A DNA stretch of 64,000 nt from an uncultured Prochlorococcus sp. (GCF_902622435.1 NZ_CACNQB010000003.1), one strand, 5' to 3'; positions 18,573 to 27,117 are shown, numbered from the stretch's first letter. Made by a program: numbers and translations. The notes: generated by a model not told the origin, from the sequence alone.

Positions 18573-19156
18573 CAAAGTTAATAGCTCTTTTGATGACGCT
18601 ACTACTTGTAGGTAGTTCTTTTATTGGTTTAATTTTGTATTTTATAAAATAAATAAATCAAATAAAAAATGCCCAGTAAATATTTCTTTTTTTAGAAAAC
18701 AATTGCTTCTTTTATGCTAAGTAATTTGATTTTCAGGTAAAAATAAAAACTTTAGACAAACCAACTCCTATATCTAAAGCCAATAAAGCAATTAGTAATT
18801 TACTCATTTTTTAGAACTCTCAACTATTTTTTTGTAAAGTTCCTCAGAAATAGGTTGCATAACCCTTTAAAAATCTAATTACAAATTAATTATTTTAAAA
18901 TTAATTTCTAGTTACTAAATATACGAATATATAAATTTTTAAATAGGCAAAAAATATATTTACTATAAGTTCCTCTTATAAAGTATTAATAAATACTTAA
19001 TCCAAAAACGTCAATAAATGTCCAAACTTTTTTAAAAAAGAAACTATAAATCTTATTTCAAGTAAATAGATCCTCTATAAGTAAGCTTTATAATCTTTTC
19101 TTCTTGTTTTTTACAATATACGAATGACTTTCCATTGAAATACATGTTTACCATGA

Positions 19157-19256
19157 TGCAGCTCCTTAACTTGCTCAAGTCCCCGTCCTATGGCTTGAGT
19201 CGTACTGCGGTCTATCAGATGGTAGATCGGACGATTTTGTAGTATTCACTACAATC
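19157..19256. ncRNA. Candidate structured RNA (~100 nt)
   Basis: About 47% GC by hand count, within AT-rich flanks; stems GCAG/CTGC, CTCAAG/CTTGAG, TCTATC/GGTAGA, TTGTAGT/ACTACAA. Confidence 0.5.
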
Positions 19257-19290
19257 TATTTATAAAGTATTTATACTTAGATGTCAACAA

Positions 19291-19437
19291 TTAATAGAAA
19301 CTAAGCTTCAATTTAAAATTAGATTCTGCTCCCAGAAACTCCCTAAAAAGAATATAGAACATATAACTACGAGTAACTCCCATAAAAACTGAAACAAATG
19401 CTAGAACTACACAAATAGGGCAATGTGGGAATCCCAT
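19291..19437 (-). CDS. 48-aa TM microprotein with CPIC motif
   Basis: MGFPHCPICVVLAFVSVFMGVTRSYMFYILFREFLGAESNFKLKLSFY; TAATG-coupled to the upstream ORF. Confidence 0.65.
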   Translation of the reverse strand: MGFPHCPICVVLAFVSVFMGVTRSYMFYILFREFLGAESNFKLKLSFY

Positions 19438-19610
19438 TATTTATTTTCCAATATAAATTTTAATTCAGCCTCTGCATTAAGAATGTCAATTCTTCTCTTA
19501 AGTAGTTTAAGAAATTTGATTATTTTTTTCAAAATTAAACCTTGTTTAGGCATCAATAATAATATTATTATTAGAATTAATAAAGCAATAAGCAAAAATA
19601 CTGAATCCAT
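19437..19610 (-). CDS. 57-aa single-TM microprotein
   Basis: MDSVFLLIALLILIIILLLMPKQGLILKKIIKFLKLLKRRIDILNAEAELKFILENK. Confidence 0.6.
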   Translation of the reverse strand: MDSVFLLIALLILIIILLLMPKQGLILKKIIKFLKLLKRRIDILNAEAELKFILENK

Positions 19611-20222
19611 TGATATAACTAATTTTTTGTAGCATATTTATACAATAAACAACCCCAACATATGCTCAGATACTTTTGATCAATTAACCCATAAATGCTT
19701 ATTCAGAATAAATAGAATAATTGGTAATCTAGTTACCTTGCATTGCTTTTTTTCTTTTGCTAAAAAAATAAAGCGGGCTAAAGTCCAATACTCCATGAGG
19801 ATTTAGTCCGCTTCCTAAAGCCTGAGAGTGCAAATTTTTCTCTACTAATATAAATCTATGCTTTATGAGAAAAATATCTTGATTGCTTAATAAATTTATT
19901 TTGTATATTGCTATTACAAAAATAATGAGTTTATTTAAATTAGTTACTAAATCCTCGTGGAGAAAGCTTTAGTAAATTTCTTTTACTGGTTACTGATAAG
20001 ATCAGCCGAATCTCATTATGGAGAATCATTTATATCTGTAGAAATTCCATCTAATTCAATCAAAAGTTTTTCTTGATCTTAGAAAGTTTTTAAATACTTA
20101 AATTCATAGCTTTCTGAAAATTGAATAACTAATTTGAGTTAAGTTGGTTAATTATCTCTATTGCAAATAAAGATAGGGTTGTTAATCTTGCATTTAAAGA
20201 AGAAACTTAATTTCTTAAACTG

Positions 20223-20432
20223 ATGCAATTTGATCATTTAAATTCCAATGAAGATGATGGCCTCATGTCCATAGAAGATTTAAGGGCTTTACGTCTTAGA
20301 AAAAAGAAAATTGAAAGTGATAAGAAAGCTAGAAAGTATATCCTGGATATAAATCAAAGATATAGAAAAATGAGTACCCGCAATAGTAATAACTTTTTAA
20401 GGAATATGAACCCTTTTAAAAAGGCCTCATAA
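20223..20432 (+). CDS. 69-aa basic hypothetical protein
   Basis: ORF track. Confidence 0.65.
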   Translation: MQFDHLNSNEDDGLMSIEDLRALRLRKKKIESDKKARKYILDINQRYRKMSTRNSNNFLRNMNPFKKAS

Positions 20433-20519
20433 ATTGTTAATTTTGATTTTGTTAATTTGTTTAACTTTACAACTTTCAGAGTAAGATTTTAATGGTGTTT
20501 CTTTGGAAGAGTTTCACCT

Positions 20520-20550
20520 AGAGGGGCCAATTTTTGGCCTCTTCTTTGCA
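20520..20550 (+). terminator. Strong hairpin, probable terminator
   Basis: GAGGGGCCAA-TTT-TTGGCCTCTT, a 10-bp stem followed by CTTT. Confidence 0.6.
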
Positions 20551-20756
20551 AAGATATTTTTCAATTGAAACTCGTTATAAAATTAAAGTAATACTTTCCT
20601 ATAAGGCGAAAGTGATGTAAATCTTTTGTTTAAAGTTTTTTCTTACCACTTAATGAAAACTCTATATCTTCAACTAAATCCTCTTATTAAAAAAACAAAA
20701 GTTTTAGCTTATGGATCATTTCCCATAATTTATTGATTTTTTATTTGCGATTTTTA

Positions 20757-20960
20757 ATGGCTTCACCTACAAGTTGGGAATTCTACAAAGAAGTTGGAAC
20801 TAAAATTATATGGGTCAATATTTGTACCCAAAATTTAGAAGGAGTAGCTATTTCGATCAATAAATGGTGGAAGACAAGATATCCAGCATACAAAATCAGA
20901 ATAGTTTCTAAAAAAGAATTTGAGCTAGTAAAAATGCAAGCTGAGAAAAAGGAGCAATAA
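20757..20960 (+). CDS. 67-aa hypothetical protein
   Basis: Internal ATG of the track ORF (MASPTSWEFY...KWWKTRYPAYKIRIVSKKEF). Confidence 0.75.
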   Translation: MASPTSWEFYKEVGTKIIWVNICTQNLEGVAISINKWWKTRYPAYKIRIVSKKEFELVKMQAEKKEQ

Positions 20961-21036
20961 AATTATTTTTTGGTAAATATTGATGCTGAATATTTAATTT
21001 TTGCAGCTATTATAAAATCAATAAATTAAAGAACAA

Positions 21037-21192
21037 ATGAACTCTGCATTTGCAAAAGTCTCAAATTTGAAAGTTAACAGGGCTTCTAAAATAGCTATTA
21101 CTCTCGCATCATCAACTTTCTTTTTGTATGCCTTAGGTCAAGCACCAATTTTTAAAAATATTCTTGCAGGTGCCTTCTCTTGCTCTGGCTAA
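21037..21192 (+). CDS. 51-aa hypothetical protein
   Basis: MNSAFAKVSNLKVNRASKIAITLASSTFFLYALGQAPIFKNILAGAFSCSG. Confidence 0.65.
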   Translation: MNSAFAKVSNLKVNRASKIAITLASSTFFLYALGQAPIFKNILAGAFSCSG

Positions 21193-21237
21193 ATAGAATA
21201 CTGTTTTTTTTGAGAAGCTAAAAAGCTAAAATAGACT

Positions 21238-21288
21238 GTGATTGACAGTCGATCTAAACTTAGAGGGATAAACCCCTCTTTTTTAATG
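21238..21288 (+). repeat. Island repeat module, copy 1
   Basis: GTGATTGACAGTCGATC-TAAACT-TAGAGGGATAAACCCCTCT-T tract-AATG. Confidence 0.9.
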
Positions 21289-21345
21289 TTTAATAGATTT
21301 TTTGCTGTAAAGATAATGACTCTTCTTATTTCTCTTTTTAGCTGA
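21286..21345 (+). CDS. 19-aa hydrophobic micro-ORF
   Basis: MFNRFFAVKIMTLLISLFS; TGATG overlap with the next ORF. Confidence 0.35.
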   Translation: MFNRFFAVKIMTLLISLFS

Positions 21346-21461
21346 TGAATATTTCCCCGCACCTATTAATTGATGCTGTGATATTAAGCGCTGCCCTTAC
21401 GATAACATTGGTATTAAGAGCAAAAGGTAATGCTGCCAGAAAAGAAAAAGAAAATAAATGA
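21345..21461 (+). CDS. 38-aa single-TM microprotein
   Basis: MNISPHLLIDAVILSAALTITLVLRAKGNAARKEKENK. Confidence 0.6.
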   Translation: MNISPHLLIDAVILSAALTITLVLRAKGNAARKEKENK

Positions 21462-21598
21462 TTACTAAAGAAGAAGAAAAAGAATTTAAAAAACCTAAAT
21501 TATATAGATTTTGGAACTTTCTTATTTATGGAAGTTCCATAGCTATTGGAGTTTTCTTAGTTTATTTATATTCTGCTTATATTTTTATAAATAAATGA
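21458..21598 (+). CDS. 46-aa single-TM microprotein
   Basis: ATGA overlap; MITKEEEKEFKKPKLYRFWNFLIYGSSIAIGVFLVYLYSAYIFINK. Confidence 0.6.
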   Translation: MITKEEEKEFKKPKLYRFWNFLIYGSSIAIGVFLVYLYSAYIFINK

Positions 21599-21690
21599 CT
21601 TATATCTACGGTATAGCGATTACTTATGGGGTTGTGAGTCTTTTATTGCTTGGTGGGTTTGCATACTTTACTTTTAAAATGAGACGCTAA
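21595..21690 (+). CDS. 31-aa single-TM microprotein
   Basis: ATGA overlap; MTYIYGIAITYGVVSLLLLGGFAYFTFKMRR. Confidence 0.6.
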   Translation: MTYIYGIAITYGVVSLLLLGGFAYFTFKMRR

Positions 21691-22057
21691 TTTTTATATC
21701 TTCTTCAATAAAGATTTATTAGATAAAATTTTTGATTTTTGTAGAGAATATCAACAAGAAATTCCACCTCAAAGGATGGCTGAGATTTTAAGAGGATATA
21801 GAGATAGATTAGATTAATGATAGATAATAGCAGACCTAAGAAGGTATTAAGAGAATAAAATTTCTAGCAAAATTTATACAAATTTTTTTAAATTTGGAAT
21901 AAATTTTTTGAAGATATTTTCCTCGCAATTATTCATAATTTGAGATTTTTTTTTGATCCTTAATCCGTACAATTTTGTTCCTCTTACCGCACACATAAAA
22001 CTTGAAACTTACTATTCAAATGAATTAGAACATAATTGTAGTCAAGGGGTAAGTCTT

Positions 22058-22210
22058 ATGGCACTAAATGACACATTTACTATCCAAGAAATTAATTTGG
22101 ATAAAAAATATCTTTCATATGACAATAAGCTAAAAGAAATTGAAGCTTATTGGAATAACGAATGTGAAGAACATCCAAGTCACAACCATTGCAAGATTTT
22201 TTGTGATTGA
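22058..22210 (+). CDS. 50-aa CP12-C-terminal-like microprotein
   Basis: AAGGGG SD; C-terminal WNNECEEHPSHNHCKIFCD (CX8C with Pro at position 5). Confidence 0.7.
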   Translation: MALNDTFTIQEINLDKKYLSYDNKLKEIEAYWNNECEEHPSHNHCKIFCD

Positions 22211-22295
22211 AACTTTAACTTTTAGGTATTCTTACGCTTGATTTTTACATAATCGCCGTACTAAAGAATAATCAGATAGAAAGGAGGCCAAGCAA

Positions 22296-22397
22296 ATGAC
22301 TAATTTAGGTATAGAAATTTTATTTTGGACAATTTTAATTTCTTATCTGGGATTAAGGTTTTCTCAAACTTGGAATGGATTCAAAAAACAGTATTAA
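22296..22397 (+). CDS. 33-aa TM microprotein (MTNLxIE family)
   Basis: Perfect AAGGAGG SD; MTNLGIEILFWTILISYLGLRFSQTWNGFKKQY. Confidence 0.75.
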   Translation: MTNLGIEILFWTILISYLGLRFSQTWNGFKKQY

Positions 22398-22412
22398 TTA
22401 GGAGAATAGAAA

Positions 22413-22559
22413 ATGAAACTACAAACTCAGTTCACGGTTCCAAAAAAAGAATTAAATGATCTTGATTATGTTAAGAAAGTAGATTTTTTAGAAGAAACTT
22501 TAAATAAAGAATGTATAGATTATCCAAATCAAGAAGATTGCTTGGTTTGTTGCAATTAA
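22413..22559 (+). CDS. 48-aa CP12-C-terminal-like microprotein
   Basis: AGGAG SD; C-terminal LNKECIDYPNQEDCLVCCN (CX8C with Pro at position 5). Confidence 0.7.
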   Translation: MKLQTQFTVPKKELNDLDYVKKVDFLEETLNKECIDYPNQEDCLVCCN

Positions 22560-22624
22560 AAATAATAAAATAGGTATTTTTTAAAAGAAAATAAAATTTT
22601 TATTAGTATTTATAAATTTTCTAA

Positions 22625-23158
22625 ATGGGAGTTAGCACTATGGAATTAAGATTCTTCCCAATAAATGTTTTTAGAGAGACTCCAAAAGTAACATTCTTCG
22701 ATGCAGGCATAGATACTTCTAATGGTTCTGATGTTGTGATCCATTCTGGGGAAGCTATATCTCCTCCAGATGATTTAGAAGATGAGCAATATTACGTTCA
22801 CAATCATCAAATTGACCACAATTTAGTTATCACCGGAGAAAGGAAATTTATTTTAATAAACCCTTTCTGGGATGAACCACATCATGTGATTTATTTAAAT
22901 AGATCTATGGGAGCATTAGAAATTCCTATAGGAACATATCACAGATCTATCTCAGGGAAAGAAGGTAGTATTGTTTTAAACCAACCCAAAAGAGATAAAT
23001 TTTTTGATCCTTCTAAAGAATTTATCCCTCAAAAATTAGACAAAATTAATTTAATTAAGGCAAGAAAAAGTCCACCTGTTTATTGGGTTTACGAAAATAA
23101 CAAAATCAAAAGAGTCTATTTTAATCCTCCAGAAAAAAAAGTTAAAACTCTTGTTTGA
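22625..23158 (+). CDS. Hypothetical protein with cupin-like His motifs
   Basis: YYVHNHQIDHNLVITG and LEIPIGTYHRS resemble cupin motifs 1 and 2. Confidence 0.7.
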   Translation: MGVSTMELRFFPINVFRETPKVTFFDAGIDTSNGSDVVIHSGEAISPPDDLEDEQYYVHNHQIDHNLVITGERKFILINPFWDEPHHVIYLNRSMGALEIPIGTYHRSISGKEGSIVLNQPKRDKFFDPSKEFIPQKLDKINLIKARKSPPVYWVYENNKIKRVYFNPPEKKVKTLV

Positions 23159-24014
23159 AATGAAAAAACATATATCCCCTAGTAATAATTTAAAAAACCT
23201 GAATTTAATTATTAATTCTGATTCTTATAAATTAGCTCACGAAGATATTGGTCTACTAAGACGAAATGAAATGCGTGGAGTCAGAATGCTTCTTGAAATT
23301 ACTAAACCAGATTTAATCCTTGAAGAAAATAAAATTCTTTCAACAATAATTATTTTTGGAGGCGCAAGCATTAAAGAAGAATCAAATATAAAAAAGAGAC
23401 TTGAAAATATAGAAGAGTTGATTAAAAAAAATCCTAAATCGATACTTTTAAAACGAAATTTAAATAGATTAGAAAATTTGCTTCTAATGAGTCATTACTA
23501 TCAATCCGCAAGGGAGTTTTCTAAACTTGCTTCAATTAGTAATCAAAATAAGAACTGTAATTCTCATGTGATTGTGACAGGTGGGGGGCCAGGAATTATG
23601 GAAGCTGCTAATAGAGGTGCATTTGAAGCAAATTGTAAATCTATAGGGTTAAATATCAGTCTCCCTAATGAACAAATCCCAAATGCTTTTATAACTCCCG
23701 ATCTTTGCTTTAAGTTTAATTATTTTGCATTAAGAAAGATCCATTTTGTCATGCGATCAGTAGCTGCTGTATTTTTCCCTGGAGGTTTTGGAACACTAGA
23801 TGAATTATTTGAACTATTGACACTTTGTCAAACAGGAATGAAAACTAAAATTCCAATCATACTTTTTGGTAGAGAGTATTGGAATAAGTTAATTAACTTT
23901 AAATATTTAGCTGATCTTGGATTAATTGAAGATGAACATTTAAATCTTTTCCAATATGCAGACTCTGCATCAGAAGCATGGAAAATTATCAAATCGTCAA
24001 AAAAGTCAGCCTAG
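23151..24014 (+). CDS. LOG family (TIGR00730-type) nucleotide-binding protein
   Basis: VTGGGPGIMEAANRGA, FALRK and PGGFGTLDELFE. Confidence 0.92.
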   Translation: MFEMKKHISPSNNLKNLNLIINSDSYKLAHEDIGLLRRNEMRGVRMLLEITKPDLILEENKILSTIIIFGGASIKEESNIKKRLENIEELIKKNPKSILLKRNLNRLENLLLMSHYYQSAREFSKLASISNQNKNCNSHVIVTGGGPGIMEAANRGAFEANCKSIGLNISLPNEQIPNAFITPDLCFKFNYFALRKIHFVMRSVAAVFFPGGFGTLDELFELLTLCQTGMKTKIPIILFGREYWNKLINFKYLADLGLIEDEHLNLFQYADSASEAWKIIKSSKKSA

Positions 24015-24051
24015 AAAACTACAAGCTGACTTGATAACAAATGAAGAATGA

Positions 24052-24168
24052 TTAATAAGTATTTGATATTTTGTTTTTCATGTTTTCAATCTTATTGATT
24101 AATTCATCTAACCATTCTGTATTATTTTGCTCTTTACTTTTATGGCTTTGGCTTTTTTGAGTACTCAT
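24052..24168 (-). CDS. 38-aa microprotein (NNTxWLDxLIN family)
   Basis: MSTQKSQSHKSKEQNNTEWLDELINKIENMKNKISNTY. Confidence 0.6.
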   Translation of the reverse strand: MSTQKSQSHKSKEQNNTEWLDELINKIENMKNKISNTY

Positions 24169-24564
24169 AAATTTCTTACTTTTATGGTTTATTTAATATA
24201 TCTTCAGAAATTAAAGGAATCAATAAGCAATATTACCAAATCGATTGATAAAACAAGCTTTAGTAGCATTTCATACAAACCTAACCATCACAAATTAACT
24301 AAGAAAATCTAAATCTCTTCAGTTAAGTATTTTCTACGATGTTTTTATTTTAAATTCTGATTTGAATTAGGAAAGGTATAAATGTTTCTATGGAAAAATC
24401 ATTTCTAAATTTCATTTATTGGATCTTGGTAAAGTCAGCTGAAAGTTATTACGGAGATTCATTAAAAACAGAAGTACCTTATACTCCTTATTTTTAGTTT
24501 TGGTGGACTTTAACTTTTAATATTAGATCTCTATTTTGAGAGTTATTAGTTTGGAATTAATTTA

Positions 24565-24723
24565 TTAAAAAACACAATATGGGTTACTTATAGATTCACT
24601 ACAAAATAATTGCTTACGTTGAATTTCTTTTACTGATTGTGAATAAATTTTAGCGGTAAGGATCGCGCCAAAATTAACTAAAACTACAATTAAAAGTAGT
24701 AGCTCAATTGCGAGGTTGGTCAT
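24565..24723 (-). CDS. 52-aa TM microprotein (MTNLxIE family) with C-terminal CX8C
   Basis: AAGGAGG SD; MTNLAIELLLLIVVLVNFGAILTAKIYSQSVKEIQRKQLFCSESISNPYCVF. Confidence 0.7.
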   Translation of the reverse strand: MTNLAIELLLLIVVLVNFGAILTAKIYSQSVKEIQRKQLFCSESISNPYCVF

Positions 24724-24800
24724 AAGATTACCCTCCTTAAATCTATATAAAAACTCTATAAGGTCAAAATAGGTATTGAATAGAGTTTAAATTCCTATTT

Positions 24801-24965
24801 TTAGCCATCGAGATTCTCTGGTAATAATCTAGGTTCACAATTTACGACGCATTCTTCTAGAGACTTTTCAGTATTACTCTTAATTTCGCAACTACGAAGA
24901 CAATCATAGAAGGCATACTTGGGATCTAATTCATTTTTGAATTGTTTATTTCTAAATGTATTCAT
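24801..24965 (-). CDS. 54-aa twin CX3C microprotein
   Basis: AAAGGGAG SD; YDCLRSC...EECVVNC. Confidence 0.7.
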   Translation of the reverse strand: MNTFRNKQFKNELDPKYAFYDCLRSCEIKSNTEKSLEECVVNCEPRLLPENLDG

Positions 24966-24967
24966 GA

Positions 24968-25075
24968 TCAAACTCCCTTTGATTTTTTTTCAAGTTGATT
25001 AATTAATTTATCCAACCAAAGAGTGTTATTGATCTTTTTTATGTTTTTAAAGTATTTCGTTTTGTAAGTACTCAT
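24968..25075 (-). CDS. 35-aa microprotein (NNTxWLDxLIN family)
   Basis: GGAGG SD; MSTYKTKYFKNIKKINNTLWLDKLINQLEKKSKGV. Confidence 0.7.
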   Translation of the reverse strand: MSTYKTKYFKNIKKINNTLWLDKLINQLEKKSKGV

Positions 25076-25266
25076 GAAGTAAAACCTCCAATCAGTGGAT
25101 CTAATTTAAAGGTGATGATTCAAATTTGCTAGAGCAAAAATACTGATTATGAATTTAGTGAAATATTTTAAAAACGATTAATTTATAGTTTGTATTTTAG
25201 GTATTAAAACTCTTGATTCTTATATATAACTAATACTAAATAACTTCTAAAGAAAGGGGGTTAATT

Positions 25267-25437
25267 ATGACTTACGGAAATCTAATTAAAAATAAAATTC
25301 AACATGCATTTGTTGGTCTGTTTGATACGTTATCAATTGAGAGAAAACTAACTGATGCTCAAAAAGAATGTATGCAATTCGGAATTTGTGCGTACTCTCC
25401 AAGACAAGTTAAGGAAGTTCCCTTTTTTCATTATTAA
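25267..25437 (+). CDS. 56-aa hypothetical protein
   Basis: AAGGGGG SD; MTYGNLIKNKIQHAFVGLFDTLSIERKLTDAQKECMQFGICAYSPRQVKEVPFFHY. Confidence 0.65.
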   Translation: MTYGNLIKNKIQHAFVGLFDTLSIERKLTDAQKECMQFGICAYSPRQVKEVPFFHY

Positions 25438-25464
25438 TTTTAATTTATTTTAAACGAAGAGCAA

Positions 25465-25779
25465 TTAGCTCCTCCTCACCCAATCAGGCGATCCACTAAA
25501 CCAATCAGCAAGATCATCATTTTTGGGATCGAAATGATTTTCAGCTTCTAGACCATCAAGGCCAAGATTCTGGATAAGTCCATTTATTCCATCTGATTTT
25601 TGCTTGCCATATCTCCTCAAACTATTTGCTTTCTTAAGCCATGTCCATATAGTTGAATTATGTTTTGCAAACTTTTCTACATAAATTCTTTCTTCCAATG
25701 CCACAGGTTCATCTAGTGAAATCCTATTTACAATATCCTTGATTTTTAAACGAGTTTTGTTGGTTAGAAACATATTCAT
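25465..25779 (-). CDS. Hypothetical protein
   Basis: 104-aa ORF with conserved-looking C-terminus DDLADWFSGSPDWVRRS. Confidence 0.8.
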   Translation of the reverse strand: MNMFLTNKTRLKIKDIVNRISLDEPVALEERIYVEKFAKHNSTIWTWLKKANSLRRYGKQKSDGINGLIQNLGLDGLEAENHFDPKNDDLADWFSGSPDWVRRS

Positions 25780-26060
25780 AAAAGAAGTTAATGATTTATA
25801 AAAGTTTTTTTTATGAATGTCTTGTCAATCTTTATTTCAAGAAAAAGTATTTTTTAATGGCTTTTCAAGGACAAATATATTTATTTAACAACAGGTATAT
25901 TGAATTGGTAAAAAAGACTACTTAATTTGATTTATATAACTTATATAAAAAAGACTTCTATATAAGTTTCTCTACATAATTTAAGATTTAATTTATAAAA
26001 TTTAATAAGGAAAATATACATTGACAAACAATCTAAAATAATGGGCAATTAGCTCTTTTT

Positions 26061-26438
26061 TTAATAGCAAAGTACGCTATCCGCTTTAATTGATTCTTCA
26101 ACTAGAACATCTGGCATAACAAACTCTGCAGTATATCCATCTAGAAGCTTTTCATCGTAACCCCTAGATTTAGCAGACATTCCTGAGACATATATGGTAA
26201 TTTTTGAATTCTTTAAATTTTGAAGATGTTCGTATAAATCTCCAGTACCTTGACCAACTATTTCACCAGCTTTTTTGCAATTTAATATTTGTACTCCGTC
26301 TCCTGCTAGAAAAAGTGTTACTTTATGGTCGTTTTTTTCTGCAGTAAGGGCAACCAATAAACCTAAAGTTATTTTATTTTTGGATTCTAAACCGCTGTAA
26401 ATATGTACTAACACTGTATTGTCGGTAATGATAGACAT
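26061..26438 (-). CDS. DsrE family protein
   Basis: VTLFLAGDGV motif, GGAGG SD; the usual catalytic Cys position reads VSGMSAKSRG. Confidence 0.82.
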   Translation of the reverse strand: MSIITDNTVLVHIYSGLESKNKITLGLLVALTAEKNDHKVTLFLAGDGVQILNCKKAGEIVGQGTGDLYEHLQNLKNSKITIYVSGMSAKSRGYDEKLLDGYTAEFVMPDVLVEESIKADSVLCY

Positions 26439-26539
26439 TTAATCCTCCCTAAATTTTGTTTTTATATCTTAAATAAAATCTATTTTCATTAGATGTTTTT
26501 TTATGAAACGCTTACTACTTGTACCTCTATATTAATTAC

Positions 26540-26586
26540 GATTGACAGTCGATCTAAAATAAGGGGCATTAGCTCCTTTTTTAATG
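26540..26586 (+). repeat. Island repeat module, copy 2
   Basis: GATTGACAGTCGATC-TAAAAT-AAGGGGCATTAGCTCCTT-T tract-AATG (start of the DUF3804 gene). Confidence 0.85.
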
Positions 26587-26967
26587 TCAAACACTAAAGC
26601 CATAGAAGATTTAATTAATGGTTATGCAACCAGTGAAGATTCTTCTTTTCTAATACCAAACGTAACTGAGGATTTTTTAGCTGTAAGACCAAGTGGAAAT
26701 CCAATATCTGCTAAGGGATTAGTGGGAATGTTTGATAGTAAAGACTTAATTGCAGAATCATCAGAACTAATCAAAACCCACAAAATTGAAATTTACGGTG
26801 AGATAGCTTACGCAGTTTTTACTTTAAATGAAATCTTCAGTTATAAAGGAAATCAAAATAAAGATCTTTCAACTTATACTTGCATTTTTAAAAATGTAAA
26901 TGGTATTTGGAAGTATTCTTGGATGCAAAGATCTCAAGGCACTACTGATATGACCACATGGGAATAA
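26584..26967 (+). CDS. DUF3804 / SnoaL-NTF2-like protein
   Basis: AVRPSGNP and WMQRS motifs; paralog of 18186. Confidence 0.85.
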   Translation: MSNTKAIEDLINGYATSEDSSFLIPNVTEDFLAVRPSGNPISAKGLVGMFDSKDLIAESSELIKTHKIEIYGEIAYAVFTLNEIFSYKGNQNKDLSTYTCIFKNVNGIWKYSWMQRSQGTTDMTTWE

Positions 26968-27117
26968 ATGAAACGATTACTACTCCCACCACTGTTCAAA
27001 CTATTCAACAAAAGCACCTTCTTTTCGTCACTAAATCAAAATACCTGCCCTGTCTTGGATGCTGAAGAGATAAAAAAGCAAGAACAAAATGAAGCTATTA
27101 AAAAGTTATATCCATAA
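26968..27117 (+). CDS. 49-aa microprotein, duplicate A
   Basis: MKRLLLPPLFKLFNKSTFFSSLNQNTCPVLDAEEIKKQEQNEAIKKLYP; paralog at 30513. Confidence 0.75.
   Translation: MKRLLLPPLFKLFNKSTFFSSLNQNTCPVLDAEEIKKQEQNEAIKKLYP

Noticed and set aside
19423-19632. 69-aa plus-strand ORF
   Set aside because: The opposite strand carries a coupled TM gene pair that explains the composition better
19925-20100. Possible decayed gene (MSLFKLVTKSSWRKL**ISFTGY**DQPNLIMENHLYL*)
   Set aside because: No family could be assigned without a search; too many stops to support
21241-21265. TTGACA in the repeat read as a sigma70 -35 box
   Set aside because: Only 7 nt separate it from TAAACT, and there is no -10 box 17 nt downstream; treated as part of the palindrome
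24127-24312. 61-aa plus-strand ORF
   Set aside because: No motifs; overlaps a minus-strand family member and stop-riddled minus-strand sequence
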